Shown here: positions 1-7,811 of the stretch, piece after piece
How positions within the stretch are numbered: the first letter of the stretch is position 1
How the letters are laid out: each line of letters starts with the position of its first letter
NCBI GenBank assembly: GCA_964447495.1
Contig: CAYUTF010000085.1
Span: 1-13,948, forward strand
Direction: 5' to 3'
From: an uncultured archaeon
GTDB taxonomy: Archaea; Asgardarchaeota; Lokiarchaeia; Sigyniarchaeales; SOKP01
DNA length: 13,948 nucleotides
Position numbers and translations under genes: made by a program
The notes under the pieces: generated by a model
The model's database searches: none
What the model was told of the DNA's origin: nothing
Seen by the model: the letters and a program-made list of their open reading frames with translations, nothing else

Positions 1-1
1 G

Positions 2-1288
2 GTCATAGGCAGAGTCAAGTATCATCTTCTTCCACCAAGGAGCATCCCAATCATTGAAGGCTTTAGCATAGGAAGACCAAGCACCTTCTCCTTGTTCACG
101 ATAGAACTCATAATGCTTAGTTAATTCCTTATCAGCATCATCCTCATAGGCAGCAAATAAAGCAGCACCGCCTATCAGACCAACCAGTGCTCCTACACCT
201 GCTCCTATTGCTGTTCCTAAGCCAGGAATGATGGAACCTGCAGTAGCTCCTACTGCTGCTCCTAATGCTACTCCATGAGCAGCTCCTGCTGCTGGTGCAG
301 GAAGATTCATTATTAGTGCTGCTGATATAGGCCTACTGATATTATCCCACCACTTCTGCATCAGCTCCACAGTAGCCATCATTGGCTGAGTTACTATCAG
401 CTTAGCCCATTCAGAAGGAGCTAGTTCAGGAGTTTCCGCTAAGATAGCTCCTGCTTTTATCAGGTTCATCCTAGCAGATTCAATTCCCCAATCCTTAGCT
501 CTTTGTTCTAGCCAATCTCTCTGGCTCTGCAATCCTTCATCAGTTATCTCCATCTCACTGAGCATGCTTCTTACATCTTCCTCAGTCATACCAGGAGGAA
601 GCTTAGCAACACCAAACATAAAGGATTTAGCTATCTCATCTATAGTGAGATGATGAACTCCTCTCAACTCAAGCTTAGGAGATGTCAGTATCTCATTGAG
701 TATAGTAGACTGAGCATCCAGTACATCTCCTTTATAGCCTTCAGGTAGAACATTAGTTAGTGGAGATAGCTTATCGTAAGTAGCACTTAGCCATGCTCTT
801 TCATTATCAGTTAGTTCAAGAGATGGAGATATAAACTTCAGTACATCCTCTGCACTGCCTATCTCATAGAATGGGTCAGATATATATAGAGGTAATGTCT
901 GCATTACTTCCAACTTCCAGCTGATAGATTGTAGTTCTCTAGATGCAGCATCAAACTCAGCCTGAGCTTCAACAGTTGCAGCTTCCTTGATTTCTTTCTT
1001 AACTCCTGTAGGCATTAAGGATTCTATAATATATGCTAGTGGACTCATCCTCATTCCCATTCTCAGGAATCCTTCAGGAACAGTATACATTACAGATGGT
1101 TGATTCAGCTTAGATTCAGCAGTTTGTAATCTGGTAAGAGCACTCTGATAATCAGCTCCAAATTGCCCAAACTCCTTAGCAAAACCAGTATAGTATTCAG
1201 GAATTTCTACTGGAACTGGGAGAGTAGATACTGCTTCTCCACCAGGAACAACACCAGTTGCTTCTGCACCTTTGAATGGGTCTTGCAT
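2..1288 (-). CDS. Large virion-associated protein with glycine zipper (candidate ejection/DNA-pilot protein), partial: runs off window
   Basis: Not in ORF track. Hand-translated: ATG at 1288, 1 nt after the portal stop, SD GAGGT upstream. Open for 429 codons to the window edge (MQDPFKGAEATGVVPGG...). Contains AGAAHGVALGAAVGATAGSIIPGLGTAIGAGVGALVGLIGGAALF (about 155-295). Function is inference. Confidence 0.8.
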   Translation of the reverse strand, partial: MQDPFKGAEATGVVPGGEAVSTLPVPVEIPEYYTGFAKEFGQFGADYQSALTRLQTAESKLNQPSVMYTVPEGFLRMGMRMSPLAYIIESLMPTGVKKEIKEAATVEAQAEFDAASRELQSISWKLEVMQTLPLYISDPFYEIGSAEDVLKFISPSLELTDNERAWLSATYDKLSPLTNVLPEGYKGDVLDAQSTILNEILTSPKLELRGVHHLTIDEIAKSFMFGVAKLPPGMTEEDVRSMLSEMEITDEGLQSQRDWLEQRAKDWGIESARMNLIKAGAILAETPELAPSEWAKLIVTQPMMATVELMQKWWDNISRPISAALIMNLPAPAAGAAHGVALGAAVGATAGSIIPGLGTAIGAGVGALVGLIGGAALFAAYEDDADKELTKHYEFYREQGEGAWSSYAKAFNDWDAPWWKKMILDSAYD

Positions 1289-1289
1289 A

Positions 1290-3062
1290 TTATACCTCAG
1301 TTGCCTTGACTCTTTGACCAGATGGTAATTGAGGAGTTGCTTCAGGTCTAGCTAAGCCGAAGTTTCTCTGATGCTGACCAGATGCAGGTTGTTCCTCAGT
1401 AGGAGGCATCAGTTGTTGTAGTGCTAAGTCAGCCATCATGTCATATAGTTTGGAGGATTCCATATCCTTAACTACATTAGCCAGATATGCAGCCTGCTGT
1501 CTGTAGTATTGGATAAGAGCTATCATACTGTTAGTAGGATGTAGTTCAGCCTGGTCAGCTCTAACTCTTGCTCTCTCCTGTAAAGCATCTCCAATATCAG
1601 GAAATAGCTTCTGTGCTACATAACTATAACTAAGTCTGAAGTCAGGGTCTAGCATTCTTGCTGTTGTAGCTCTTTGTACTAAGTCTCCAGGTATCTCTAC
1701 CTCATAATCAGCAGATACCATAGTATTCTCAGGTAGTGATGTAGGATATTTCCAACCATAAGGTTTGATACCTCTATACTTAATATCTTCTAAATCATCA
1801 TTGTCTATATCAGATAGAGCATCAACTATAGCCTGATGAAATGGCTTCATTACTTGATTAGCAGATGCTGCTATCTGGCTCATTACATATGCAGTTATCT
1901 GACCTGCTACAGCACCGTGCATAGCCCAGCTGACTCCTCCTCTCTGCATCATAGCTTCTAAGTCAAGCTGGGTACTTCTCAGTTCCAATGGTATAGGAGG
2001 AGTAGCCATAAAGTCTACAGCATCATCAGGACCTCCTCTGAATATAGCTCCCCGTCTAAATACATCCTCAGGTTTTACTATAGGTTTACCACTCCTACTA
2101 CGCTCAAAGATTCTTGGCTGGGCAGTATCTCTTAATAGTTGTAGACTAAATGACCACCACTTATTCCAAGTCTTGTAGATATTCTCATTGGTAGCTATGA
2201 TAGATTGCCCTAGCTCAGCCTTCCATCTATCACCAGTTACTTCCTGAGTCTGTAGCTTGAGAGTAGAGGAGTATGTTGGTAGATAACCTTCTGTTAGACT
2301 ACCCATATCAGGTAGTCCTCCTACTGGAGCTGTATAGATGGGAATTCTCTTGAATCTGGTAGGTTCAAACTTAACTAAGCTATCTCCTATAACTATAGCG
2401 TTCCATGCTATTGCAGTGAATGGGAAGTCATTTGCTATCTCCATCCACCAGTAGTCATATAATACTATATTATTACCAGCAGTAGCCTGCCACTGAGAAT
2501 AAGGAGTACTTAATGTCCAGTTGTTTCTCCTAGCCAGATTGATAGCTTGCTTATTAGTGATAGTATAGATATGTGCTACTTCATCTAATCCTAACATTCC
2601 ATCCCACATAGGATACACTTCCATAGGATTTATAGGCTCCTTGTAAGTTCTGCTACCATCATCAGAGTTCATGCTAATCATAGCATACCAGCCAGTGGCT
2701 AGCATAAATCCTATGAATGTTCTCATCAGAGATTGTCTAGGATTAGCTCTGCGGAATGTATCCTTAGCATCCTTCCAGCTAACTTTGAAGTACCTGCTGA
2801 CATCTGCTACAGCATTAGCTACCTCAAAATCAGACATATCATAGTCTTTAACTCTGTGAGGAATATAAGTATCTAGTAGATGGAGTGTAAGGTTATATAA
2901 TGCTCTCGGGTCATTACCTACAAATGATTCCATCTTATCTTGCTTAAGCTCATCTACCATTTCTATGAGCCTATACCAGCGCTTCATGGCTTCATTTCTA
3001 GGATTCCAGAATTTCTTAAGCTCTTTACATCTAGATACTACTTCATTTATATCTCGCTTCAT
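1290..3062 (-). CDS. Phage portal protein (podovirus head-tail-connector-like), 590 aa
   Basis: Size, position downstream of terminase, helical N-terminus (WNPRNEAMKRWY), portal-like stem/clip segments (LQLLRDTAQPRI; ELRSTQLDLEAMMQRGG...HG...TAY) and a Q/P-rich C-tail. Confidence 0.75.
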   Translation of the reverse strand: MKRDINEVVSRCKELKKFWNPRNEAMKRWYRLIEMVDELKQDKMESFVGNDPRALYNLTLHLLDTYIPHRVKDYDMSDFEVANAVADVSRYFKVSWKDAKDTFRRANPRQSLMRTFIGFMLATGWYAMISMNSDDGSRTYKEPINPMEVYPMWDGMLGLDEVAHIYTITNKQAINLARRNNWTLSTPYSQWQATAGNNIVLYDYWWMEIANDFPFTAIAWNAIVIGDSLVKFEPTRFKRIPIYTAPVGGLPDMGSLTEGYLPTYSSTLKLQTQEVTGDRWKAELGQSIIATNENIYKTWNKWWSFSLQLLRDTAQPRIFERSRSGKPIVKPEDVFRRGAIFRGGPDDAVDFMATPPIPLELRSTQLDLEAMMQRGGVSWAMHGAVAGQITAYVMSQIAASANQVMKPFHQAIVDALSDIDNDDLEDIKYRGIKPYGWKYPTSLPENTMVSADYEVEIPGDLVQRATTARMLDPDFRLSYSYVAQKLFPDIGDALQERARVRADQAELHPTNSMIALIQYYRQQAAYLANVVKDMESSKLYDMMADLALQQLMPPTEEQPASGQHQRNFGLARPEATPQLPSGQRVKATEV

Positions 3063-3337
3063 AATACTACCTCTAATACTAACCTAACTGCACCTGCTAT
3101 AGCAAAGATGAAAGCAGCAAAGCCTATAACAGTTCCAGCAGAGTAGTAGTGGTGTTCACTTTCAATATCCTGCTTCAGCTCCTCATTAGGGTCATATCTG
3201 GATTGCCAAGGACAGAATCCATCAGCTATCCCTTCAACAAAAGCATGCCATTCCTGGTAGGTATCCATGAAGTTTGCAGGGTTAAACCAGCCAAAGAATC
3301 CTTTGATATTCTTCTTATTTATATGCAGAAGTTTCAT
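3059..3337 (-). CDS. Hypothetical protein with C-terminal transmembrane helix, 92 aa
   Basis: ATGA overlaps with both neighbours; hydrophobic C-terminus GTVIGFAAFIFAIAGAVRLVLEVVL. Confidence 0.75.
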   Translation of the reverse strand: MKLLHINKKNIKGFFGWFNPANFMDTYQEWHAFVEGIADGFCPWQSRYDPNEELKQDIESEHHYYSAGTVIGFAAFIFAIAGAVRLVLEVVL

Positions 3338-3891
3338 ATTATTACTACTGCTCCTTCTAACACATAGAATGGTAAGTCCTTATCCTCCCAATACCATATC
3401 TGGTCATTCTGAGGCTCCAGCAGCATTACCTTCCTATCAGGAAAGATAACTATATTGTAAGCATGCCCAGCTTCATAATCTAATACTATGCCCACCTGGT
3501 TTATACCAAACTGGTCAGCATGAGCCTTGAAGGATATAGCAAAGTTACCGCACCTGAAGAACTTATGATACTCAAGCTGGTCTATCCAGTCCCATGCTAC
3601 AAAATCTAGAAATTCGGTTTTGTTTGTTAATCTGAACTCAGAACCTAGTGGTAGTCTGATAACATTAGCTTTGAAGAGACTAAGTACATCCTGAACCCAG
3701 ATGGTATCCTTCTCCACAAGGTATGTTAGTTCTGGAGGAACAGGTCTAGGTAACAATTCCTCCATCTGTTTTATCTTCTTATTAACTTCCTCAAGCTGTA
3801 TAATACACTTCTGCCTAGCAGAATTACAATCACGAAGAGCGTTATTACAGGATTTACAGAATATACTATCTAGCATCTCTATCAGTCCCAT
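3334..3891 (-). CDS. Putative papain/transglutaminase-like cysteine protease (MOA agglutinin C-terminal-like), 185 aa
   Basis: Motifs FRCGNFA, GHAYN and LLEPQND give a C-x28-H-x15-E triad; N-terminal CxxC plus coiled coil. Confidence 0.65.
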   Translation of the reverse strand: MGLIEMLDSIFCKSCNNALRDCNSARQKCIIQLEEVNKKIKQMEELLPRPVPPELTYLVEKDTIWVQDVLSLFKANVIRLPLGSEFRLTNKTEFLDFVAWDWIDQLEYHKFFRCGNFAISFKAHADQFGINQVGIVLDYEAGHAYNIVIFPDRKVMLLEPQNDQIWYWEDKDLPFYVLEGAVVII

Positions 3892-3906
3892 ATCAACTAC
3901 TGCCTA

Positions 3907-5589
3907 TTATCTTCCCCAACTTTCATGCCATCCTGCACTTCCAACATATCCTCTCTGGATAGGCTGAGCATTTCTGCATACTATAGCAATAGCACCACAG
4001 TCATGGTGGTCATCTGCTCCTACTACTAATATGCCACTCTTGATATTAGCATTTCTGCGGATATTCTTACACTGACTCCAGAATCTAATGTCCTGACAGT
4101 CTATATGTTCAAGATGTCTGCTAACTTCAGTAATCATATAAGGCTTAGTGGATAGGTTAGTCTGCCATCCTATAGCTCTGACAAGCTTACCTGTCCTTAC
4201 ATCCTCCCTATAATATAAGTCAGGATAATCCCTAAGATGGCTAACTATATCTAGGTTATCCTCTGGTGCTATTACAGCACCATTGTAATAGTGTGCTACT
4301 TCCTTCATCAGCAACGCCATCTCCCACTCATCATAGAAGCCAGCTAATGTAGCACAATGTTGCATAACTGGAGGAATCTCATTGTTATCCTTATCCTTAT
4401 ATTCATCAGTGAAGTGCCAGACATGACCTACTGATTCAGATGTCTTCCCCTTGCCTGGGTCTATAGATACTATGTAGCCTAATCCTTCCTCCTTATCATG
4501 CCAGATATCTAGTGTAGCTGATACAGTATCCTTGGTTCTAGAGTCAGTAGCTACTATATTCTTTTGGATGGGAGCAGGAATACACTGACGAATCTTATCA
4601 GTTATAATATCAGTATTGTATGCTTGGTCTCCTGCTACTAGGAAGCATGTTTCATCATCCTCAGGGAACTCCTGCTCAAATAATAATACTGTATCTCCAC
4701 TTCTTCTAAGGCTAGCCATCTCTGCCTTCTTATATCTCCTCCACCTTAGCTTAGCCATAGCATCATACTCATCAAAGCCATAATGAGAGATGAGTACTTT
4801 CATCAGTAGTATCTCATCTGACTGCAGCATAGGTAGTGGGTCTATGTTATCCTTGTTTAGGCAGAATGGGTCATCTGCATACATGATATACTCAGGATGA
4901 ATGAACCAAGGATAGAAATGAGGCTTGTATACTGACTGTGATACTGCTGTTCCTTCTTTAGCTGCTCTATATATCTCACAGTGAGGATTATCTTCACCAT
5001 TAGCAGTAGATTGTATCCTTACCTTAGTTCCCAGCTTCAGTGGAACTCTCTGAACTGCTGAGCTGAATACTTGCTCATGTGTGCCTAATAGCCAGAAGCC
5101 ATATTCATCTAATAGCAGATTATGTATAGCTTCTCCTCTACCAAGTGTGTAGCTTCTGGATGAGAAGATATACATGATAGAATAATGTCCAGTATCTCTA
5201 TCCTCCCATGTTAGTTCCTCAGCTCCCTTGTGCTCCATCCTGGGAATAGATGGTATCTTCCTTTCCAAGAACTGATGGAATCTCTTAGCTTTTATAATTA
5301 GTCTCTTAGCACTGGTCTCATCATAGCTGATTACTACTGATACAGTGCCACTGATAGTGATATTGTCTAGATAGAAATCAGCCAGATGGAATGATGTAGC
5401 TCCTACCTGAGCAGGCTTGACATAGACATCTCTATATCCTGATGTTTCTAGCATATCTAGCTGGATAGGATTGAGAGTAAATGGAACAAGCTTACGCTCC
5501 TTATTCTCTATCTCCAGCAGAGACTCCATCATAAGCTTGCGATTAGAGAACAAAGCTTTAAGAGCTTCATCTTGAGTAATAGTCTGCAT
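3907..5589 (-). CDS. terL: Terminase large subunit, 560 aa
   Basis: Adenine-binding LNPIQ, Walker A variant KPAQVGAT, Walker B LLLDE, coupling motif STANG, RNase H-like nuclease acids SIDPG...EDN...DDHHD. Confidence 0.92.
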   Translation of the reverse strand: MQTITQDEALKALFSNRKLMMESLLEIENKERKLVPFTLNPIQLDMLETSGYRDVYVKPAQVGATSFHLADFYLDNITISGTVSVVISYDETSAKRLIIKAKRFHQFLERKIPSIPRMEHKGAEELTWEDRDTGHYSIMYIFSSRSYTLGRGEAIHNLLLDEYGFWLLGTHEQVFSSAVQRVPLKLGTKVRIQSTANGEDNPHCEIYRAAKEGTAVSQSVYKPHFYPWFIHPEYIMYADDPFCLNKDNIDPLPMLQSDEILLMKVLISHYGFDEYDAMAKLRWRRYKKAEMASLRRSGDTVLLFEQEFPEDDETCFLVAGDQAYNTDIITDKIRQCIPAPIQKNIVATDSRTKDTVSATLDIWHDKEEGLGYIVSIDPGKGKTSESVGHVWHFTDEYKDKDNNEIPPVMQHCATLAGFYDEWEMALLMKEVAHYYNGAVIAPEDNLDIVSHLRDYPDLYYREDVRTGKLVRAIGWQTNLSTKPYMITEVSRHLEHIDCQDIRFWSQCKNIRRNANIKSGILVVGADDHHDCGAIAIVCRNAQPIQRGYVGSAGWHESWGR

Positions 5590-5594
5590 ACAAG

Positions 5595-5786
5595 CTATTT
5601 CCTCTTTCCTCTATATAAATCTCCGCCTGGCTTTAATCTCACAGCTAAGGCTTTTCTGCGAGGAGTACATGTCTTCTTAGTCATAGGAGTACAATATCCC
5701 TTATGACTAGGATTGATTGCTGTTTGTAAGAACTTCTTACTTCCTCTAGCAGACCTAGCCTTCTTTGCACTTCTTGCTCTAGCCAT
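5595..5786 (-). CDS. Small highly basic protein, 63 aa
   Basis: SD AGGAGG upstream; 20/63 residues R+K; ends 5 nt before the terL start. Confidence 0.8.
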   Translation of the reverse strand: MARARSAKKARSARGSKKFLQTAINPSHKGYCTPMTKKTCTPRRKALAVRLKPGGDLYRGKRK

Positions 5787-5788
5787 AT

Positions 5789-5905
5789 CTACTTCCTCCT
5801 ATTAGAACCTTTACCTATACTCCTAGTTGTGCTACATCCTCCCCTGCCTCTATTAGCTCTAGTTCCTTTACCAGAACCATCTCTCCTTGGTATTCCTTTA
5901 GCCAT
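5789..5905 (-). CDS. Small Arg/Gly-rich basic protein, 38 aa
   Basis: Not in track. Strong SD TAAGGAGGT, then MAKGIPRRDGSGKGTRANRGRGGCSTTRSIGKGSNRRK; fills the gap between neighbours almost exactly. Confidence 0.8.
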   Translation of the reverse strand: MAKGIPRRDGSGKGTRANRGRGGCSTTRSIGKGSNRRK

Positions 5906-5915
5906 TATTACCTCC

Positions 5916-6176
5916 TTAGTGTTTTCCATTCTGTCTTTGCAACCAAGTAGTTAATTCATTAAGAGCAGTAGTATGCTTCTCACGAGTAGCTTGGTCTCTG
6001 CTGATAATCTTATCCATCCTATCTTCCATAAATACTCTATCCTGACGAAGCTGCTCTGAGTATTGGCAGAGCTGATTCTCACTAGATTTCCTGTCTCTCC
6101 TATACATTAAGAAGATTATTATAGCTAATACTCCACCAACACCAAGACTACATATTGCTTCAATAGGTATCTCCAC
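5916..6176 (-). CDS. Holin-like membrane protein (one N-terminal TM plus coiled coil; BhlA/UviB-like architecture), 86 aa
   Basis: GTG start with SD AAGGAG; TM SLGVGGVLAIIIFLMY followed by RRDRK and an amphipathic helix ending ALNELTTWL. Confidence 0.55.
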   Translation of the reverse strand: MEIPIEAICSLGVGGVLAIIIFLMYRRDRKSSENQLCQYSEQLRQDRVFMEDRMDKIISRDQATREKHTTALNELTTWLQRQNGKH

Positions 6177-6352
6177 TATCTACTCCTTAATGTTCTTACT
6201 CTTGGTACTGGAGGTTTGCTATATCTCTGTCTCTTAGCAGTAATCCTACCTATACTCCTAGGCTCTCTTCTACCAATACGACTAGCCTGTGCTCTCCTAA
6301 TGTTCCGTCTGGAGGCTTGAGCCTGTCGGGCTGTTATTGCTTTCCTTCTCAT
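6176..6352 (-). CDS. Protamine-like Arg-rich protein, 58 aa
   Basis: Not in track. SD GAGGA, then MRRKAITARQAQASRRNIRRAQASRIGRREPRSIGRITAKRQRYSKPPVPRVRTLRSR (18 R, 3 K, 1 acidic). Its TAG overlaps the GTG of the next gene. Confidence 0.75.
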   Translation of the reverse strand: MRRKAITARQAQASRRNIRRAQASRIGRREPRSIGRITAKRQRYSKPPVPRVRTLRSR

Positions 6353-6905
6353 TAGTCCTCTTCAGTCTAATGGTATCAGTTCTGCTCAGCTCTATTACTT
6401 CTTGATTATCCTTTACGAACTTAGCAAAGTTGAATCCTGCTTCACCAACTCCTCTCATAGCCTGTTCAAGGATTTGTAGTTGCTGTGGAGTATATGCTGA
6501 GCGGAGTTTGAGTAGATATTGATGAGCTTGCTGAGGAATGACTCCTGTTCCTTCTATATCTGCCTCTAATGCTTGCTTGAGGACTCTGTAATCCTTCTCC
6601 AAGACCAACATGAAGTTTCTGAAGAAGTCTAGCTCTATATATTCCCTGCTTAATTCTTTGCGGATTTCAGGAACTCTTAATTCAAAGGATGAGAAGTCTG
6701 AAGATTGTCTCTGCTCCTCTAGCCAGCTAAGCTTTAATCCTAGCATATATAGAGCTTCTTCAGTAGTAAATCCACAAGCTAGATATCCAAAGTACTTTGC
6801 TCTGTTATCATCCTTTCTCCAGGGTAGGAGGGATTCAGCAATAGCTACTTCCTTAGGAGTATCTGAAGGCGTCAGTACAGAAGGTCCTTGACCAGTACCG
6901 TTCAT
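6297..6905 (-). CDS. Putative terminase small subunit (N-terminal HTH-like), 202 aa
   Basis: First gene of the packaging operon; HTH-like GFTTEEALYMLGLKLSWLEEQR followed by long helices. Confidence 0.5.
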   Translation of the reverse strand: MNGTGQGPSVLTPSDTPKEVAIAESLLPWRKDDNRAKYFGYLACGFTTEEALYMLGLKLSWLEEQRQSSDFSSFELRVPEIRKELSREYIELDFFRNFMLVLEKDYRVLKQALEADIEGTGVIPQQAHQYLLKLRSAYTPQQLQILEQAMRGVGEAGFNFAKFVKDNQEVIELSRTDTIRLKRTNEKESNNSPTGSSLQTEH

Positions 6906-6911
6906 ACTATG

Positions 6912-6940
6912 AGTCTATCACATATTACTGGGGATGTCAA
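6912..6940 (-). promoter_or_regulatory. Sigma70-type promoter for packaging operon (leaderless)
   Basis: TTGACA-17 nt-TAGACT with TG extension; ATG at 6905 sits at predicted +1; no SD. Confidence 0.75.
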
Positions 6941-6987
6941 GGATATAATTGCGTATGATTATTTAATTATCATAGTAGATAGTAAGA

Positions 6988-7016
6988 TTGACAACAGGAT
7001 GCTAGTATGATATAAT
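6988..7016 (+). promoter_or_regulatory. Consensus sigma70 promoter (leaderless)
   Basis: TTGACA-17 nt-TATAAT with TG extension; ATG at 7023 sits at predicted +1. Confidence 0.85.
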
Positions 7017-7022
7017 GTGTAT

Positions 7023-7223
7023 ATGAAGTGTGATTTATGTAACAGAGATAATCTAACTGCTAAGGAACTATCAATCCATAGGAAGTATTTTCATCAGGAT
7101 AATCAATCAGAGCAGCAAGTGCAGACAGTATCTAGCAATGTATGCCCTGACTGTGGAGGAGCATTGATTCTACAGGAGGGATGTGAGTACTGCAACTTAT
7201 GTGGATATAGTAAATGTGGATAG
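7023..7223 (+). CDS. C2H2 zinc finger fused to NrdJ-type C-terminal Cys-rich ribbon, 66 aa
   Basis: C-x2-C-x12-H-x4-H, then CPDCGGALILQEGCEYCNLCGYSKCG. Start moved from 7017 to the ATG at 7023 because 7017 lies upstream of the predicted +1. Confidence 0.75.
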   Translation: MKCDLCNRDNLTAKELSIHRKYFHQDNQSEQQVQTVSSNVCPDCGGALILQEGCEYCNLCGYSKCG

Positions 7224-7348
7224 AGCTAGGTATATTCAAGAGAAATTACTTTACAAGCAAACCAATCTTAAAGCTTGTTAGGGATAAGTACGCTATTGAA
7301 GTGCTTATACAAATACTTAAAATCAGGTTCTATGGTAGGATAAGATGA
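7214..7348 (+). CDS. Hypothetical basic protein, 44 aa
   Basis: Not in track; MWIELGIFKRNYF...RFYGRIR fills the gap between neighbours. Confidence 0.45.
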   Translation: MWIELGIFKRNYFTSKPILKLVRDKYAIEVLIQILKIRFYGRIR

Positions 7349-7355
7349 ACATATA

Positions 7356-7811
7356 ATGGACATCTGGATAGCCATCTGCCGTAAGACTGTTCCTAAATGC
7401 TCTCATTGCGGAGAACCAATCCAGCTAGGAGAAATAATGATAGCTGGAAGGTTATGGAAGACTAAAGATGGTAGGACAAGAAGATGGGTAAAGAATTTTC
7501 GATGGCATGCTCAGAAGATAACACCAATAGGAATCAGGAACTGCTGGATGGAATCAGGACTGGAGTATATAAAGACACATCCTCAGGAAGAAACAAGAGG
7601 AAGGAAGAGATTACAACTATCAGAAAAGGAAAAGGAAGAAAGATTAAAGATACAAAGACAAAGAGCAAGATTAGTACAAAAGCTGAAGACACTAATGGAG
7701 GCTCCGCTAGACTCACAAGACACAGATATGGTGGTAAGGATAGGAAGTCAGATAGAGGAGTTAAAGGAAAGGATAAAGCCATTAGGAGGAATACCACCAA
7801 GCTGGCAGTAA
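7356..7811 (+). CDS. Zinc-finger (CxxC...WH...C) plus coiled-coil protein, 151 aa
   Basis: CSHCGEPIQLGE...RWH...NC resembles PARP-type finger spacing; basic helical C-half. Confidence 0.7.
   Translation: MDIWIAICRKTVPKCSHCGEPIQLGEIMIAGRLWKTKDGRTRRWVKNFRWHAQKITPIGIRNCWMESGLEYIKTHPQEETRGRKRLQLSEKEKEERLKIQRQRARLVQKLKTLMEAPLDSQDTDMVVRIGSQIEELKERIKPLGGIPPSWQ

Noticed and set aside
2940-3967. Plus-strand ORFs 2940-3146, 3149-3367, 3267-3449 and 3701-3967
   Set aside because: Antisense shadows of the tightly coupled minus-strand operon; no SD or motifs.
6610-6891. Plus-strand 93-aa ORF
   Set aside because: Ser-rich antisense shadow of the TerS-like gene.
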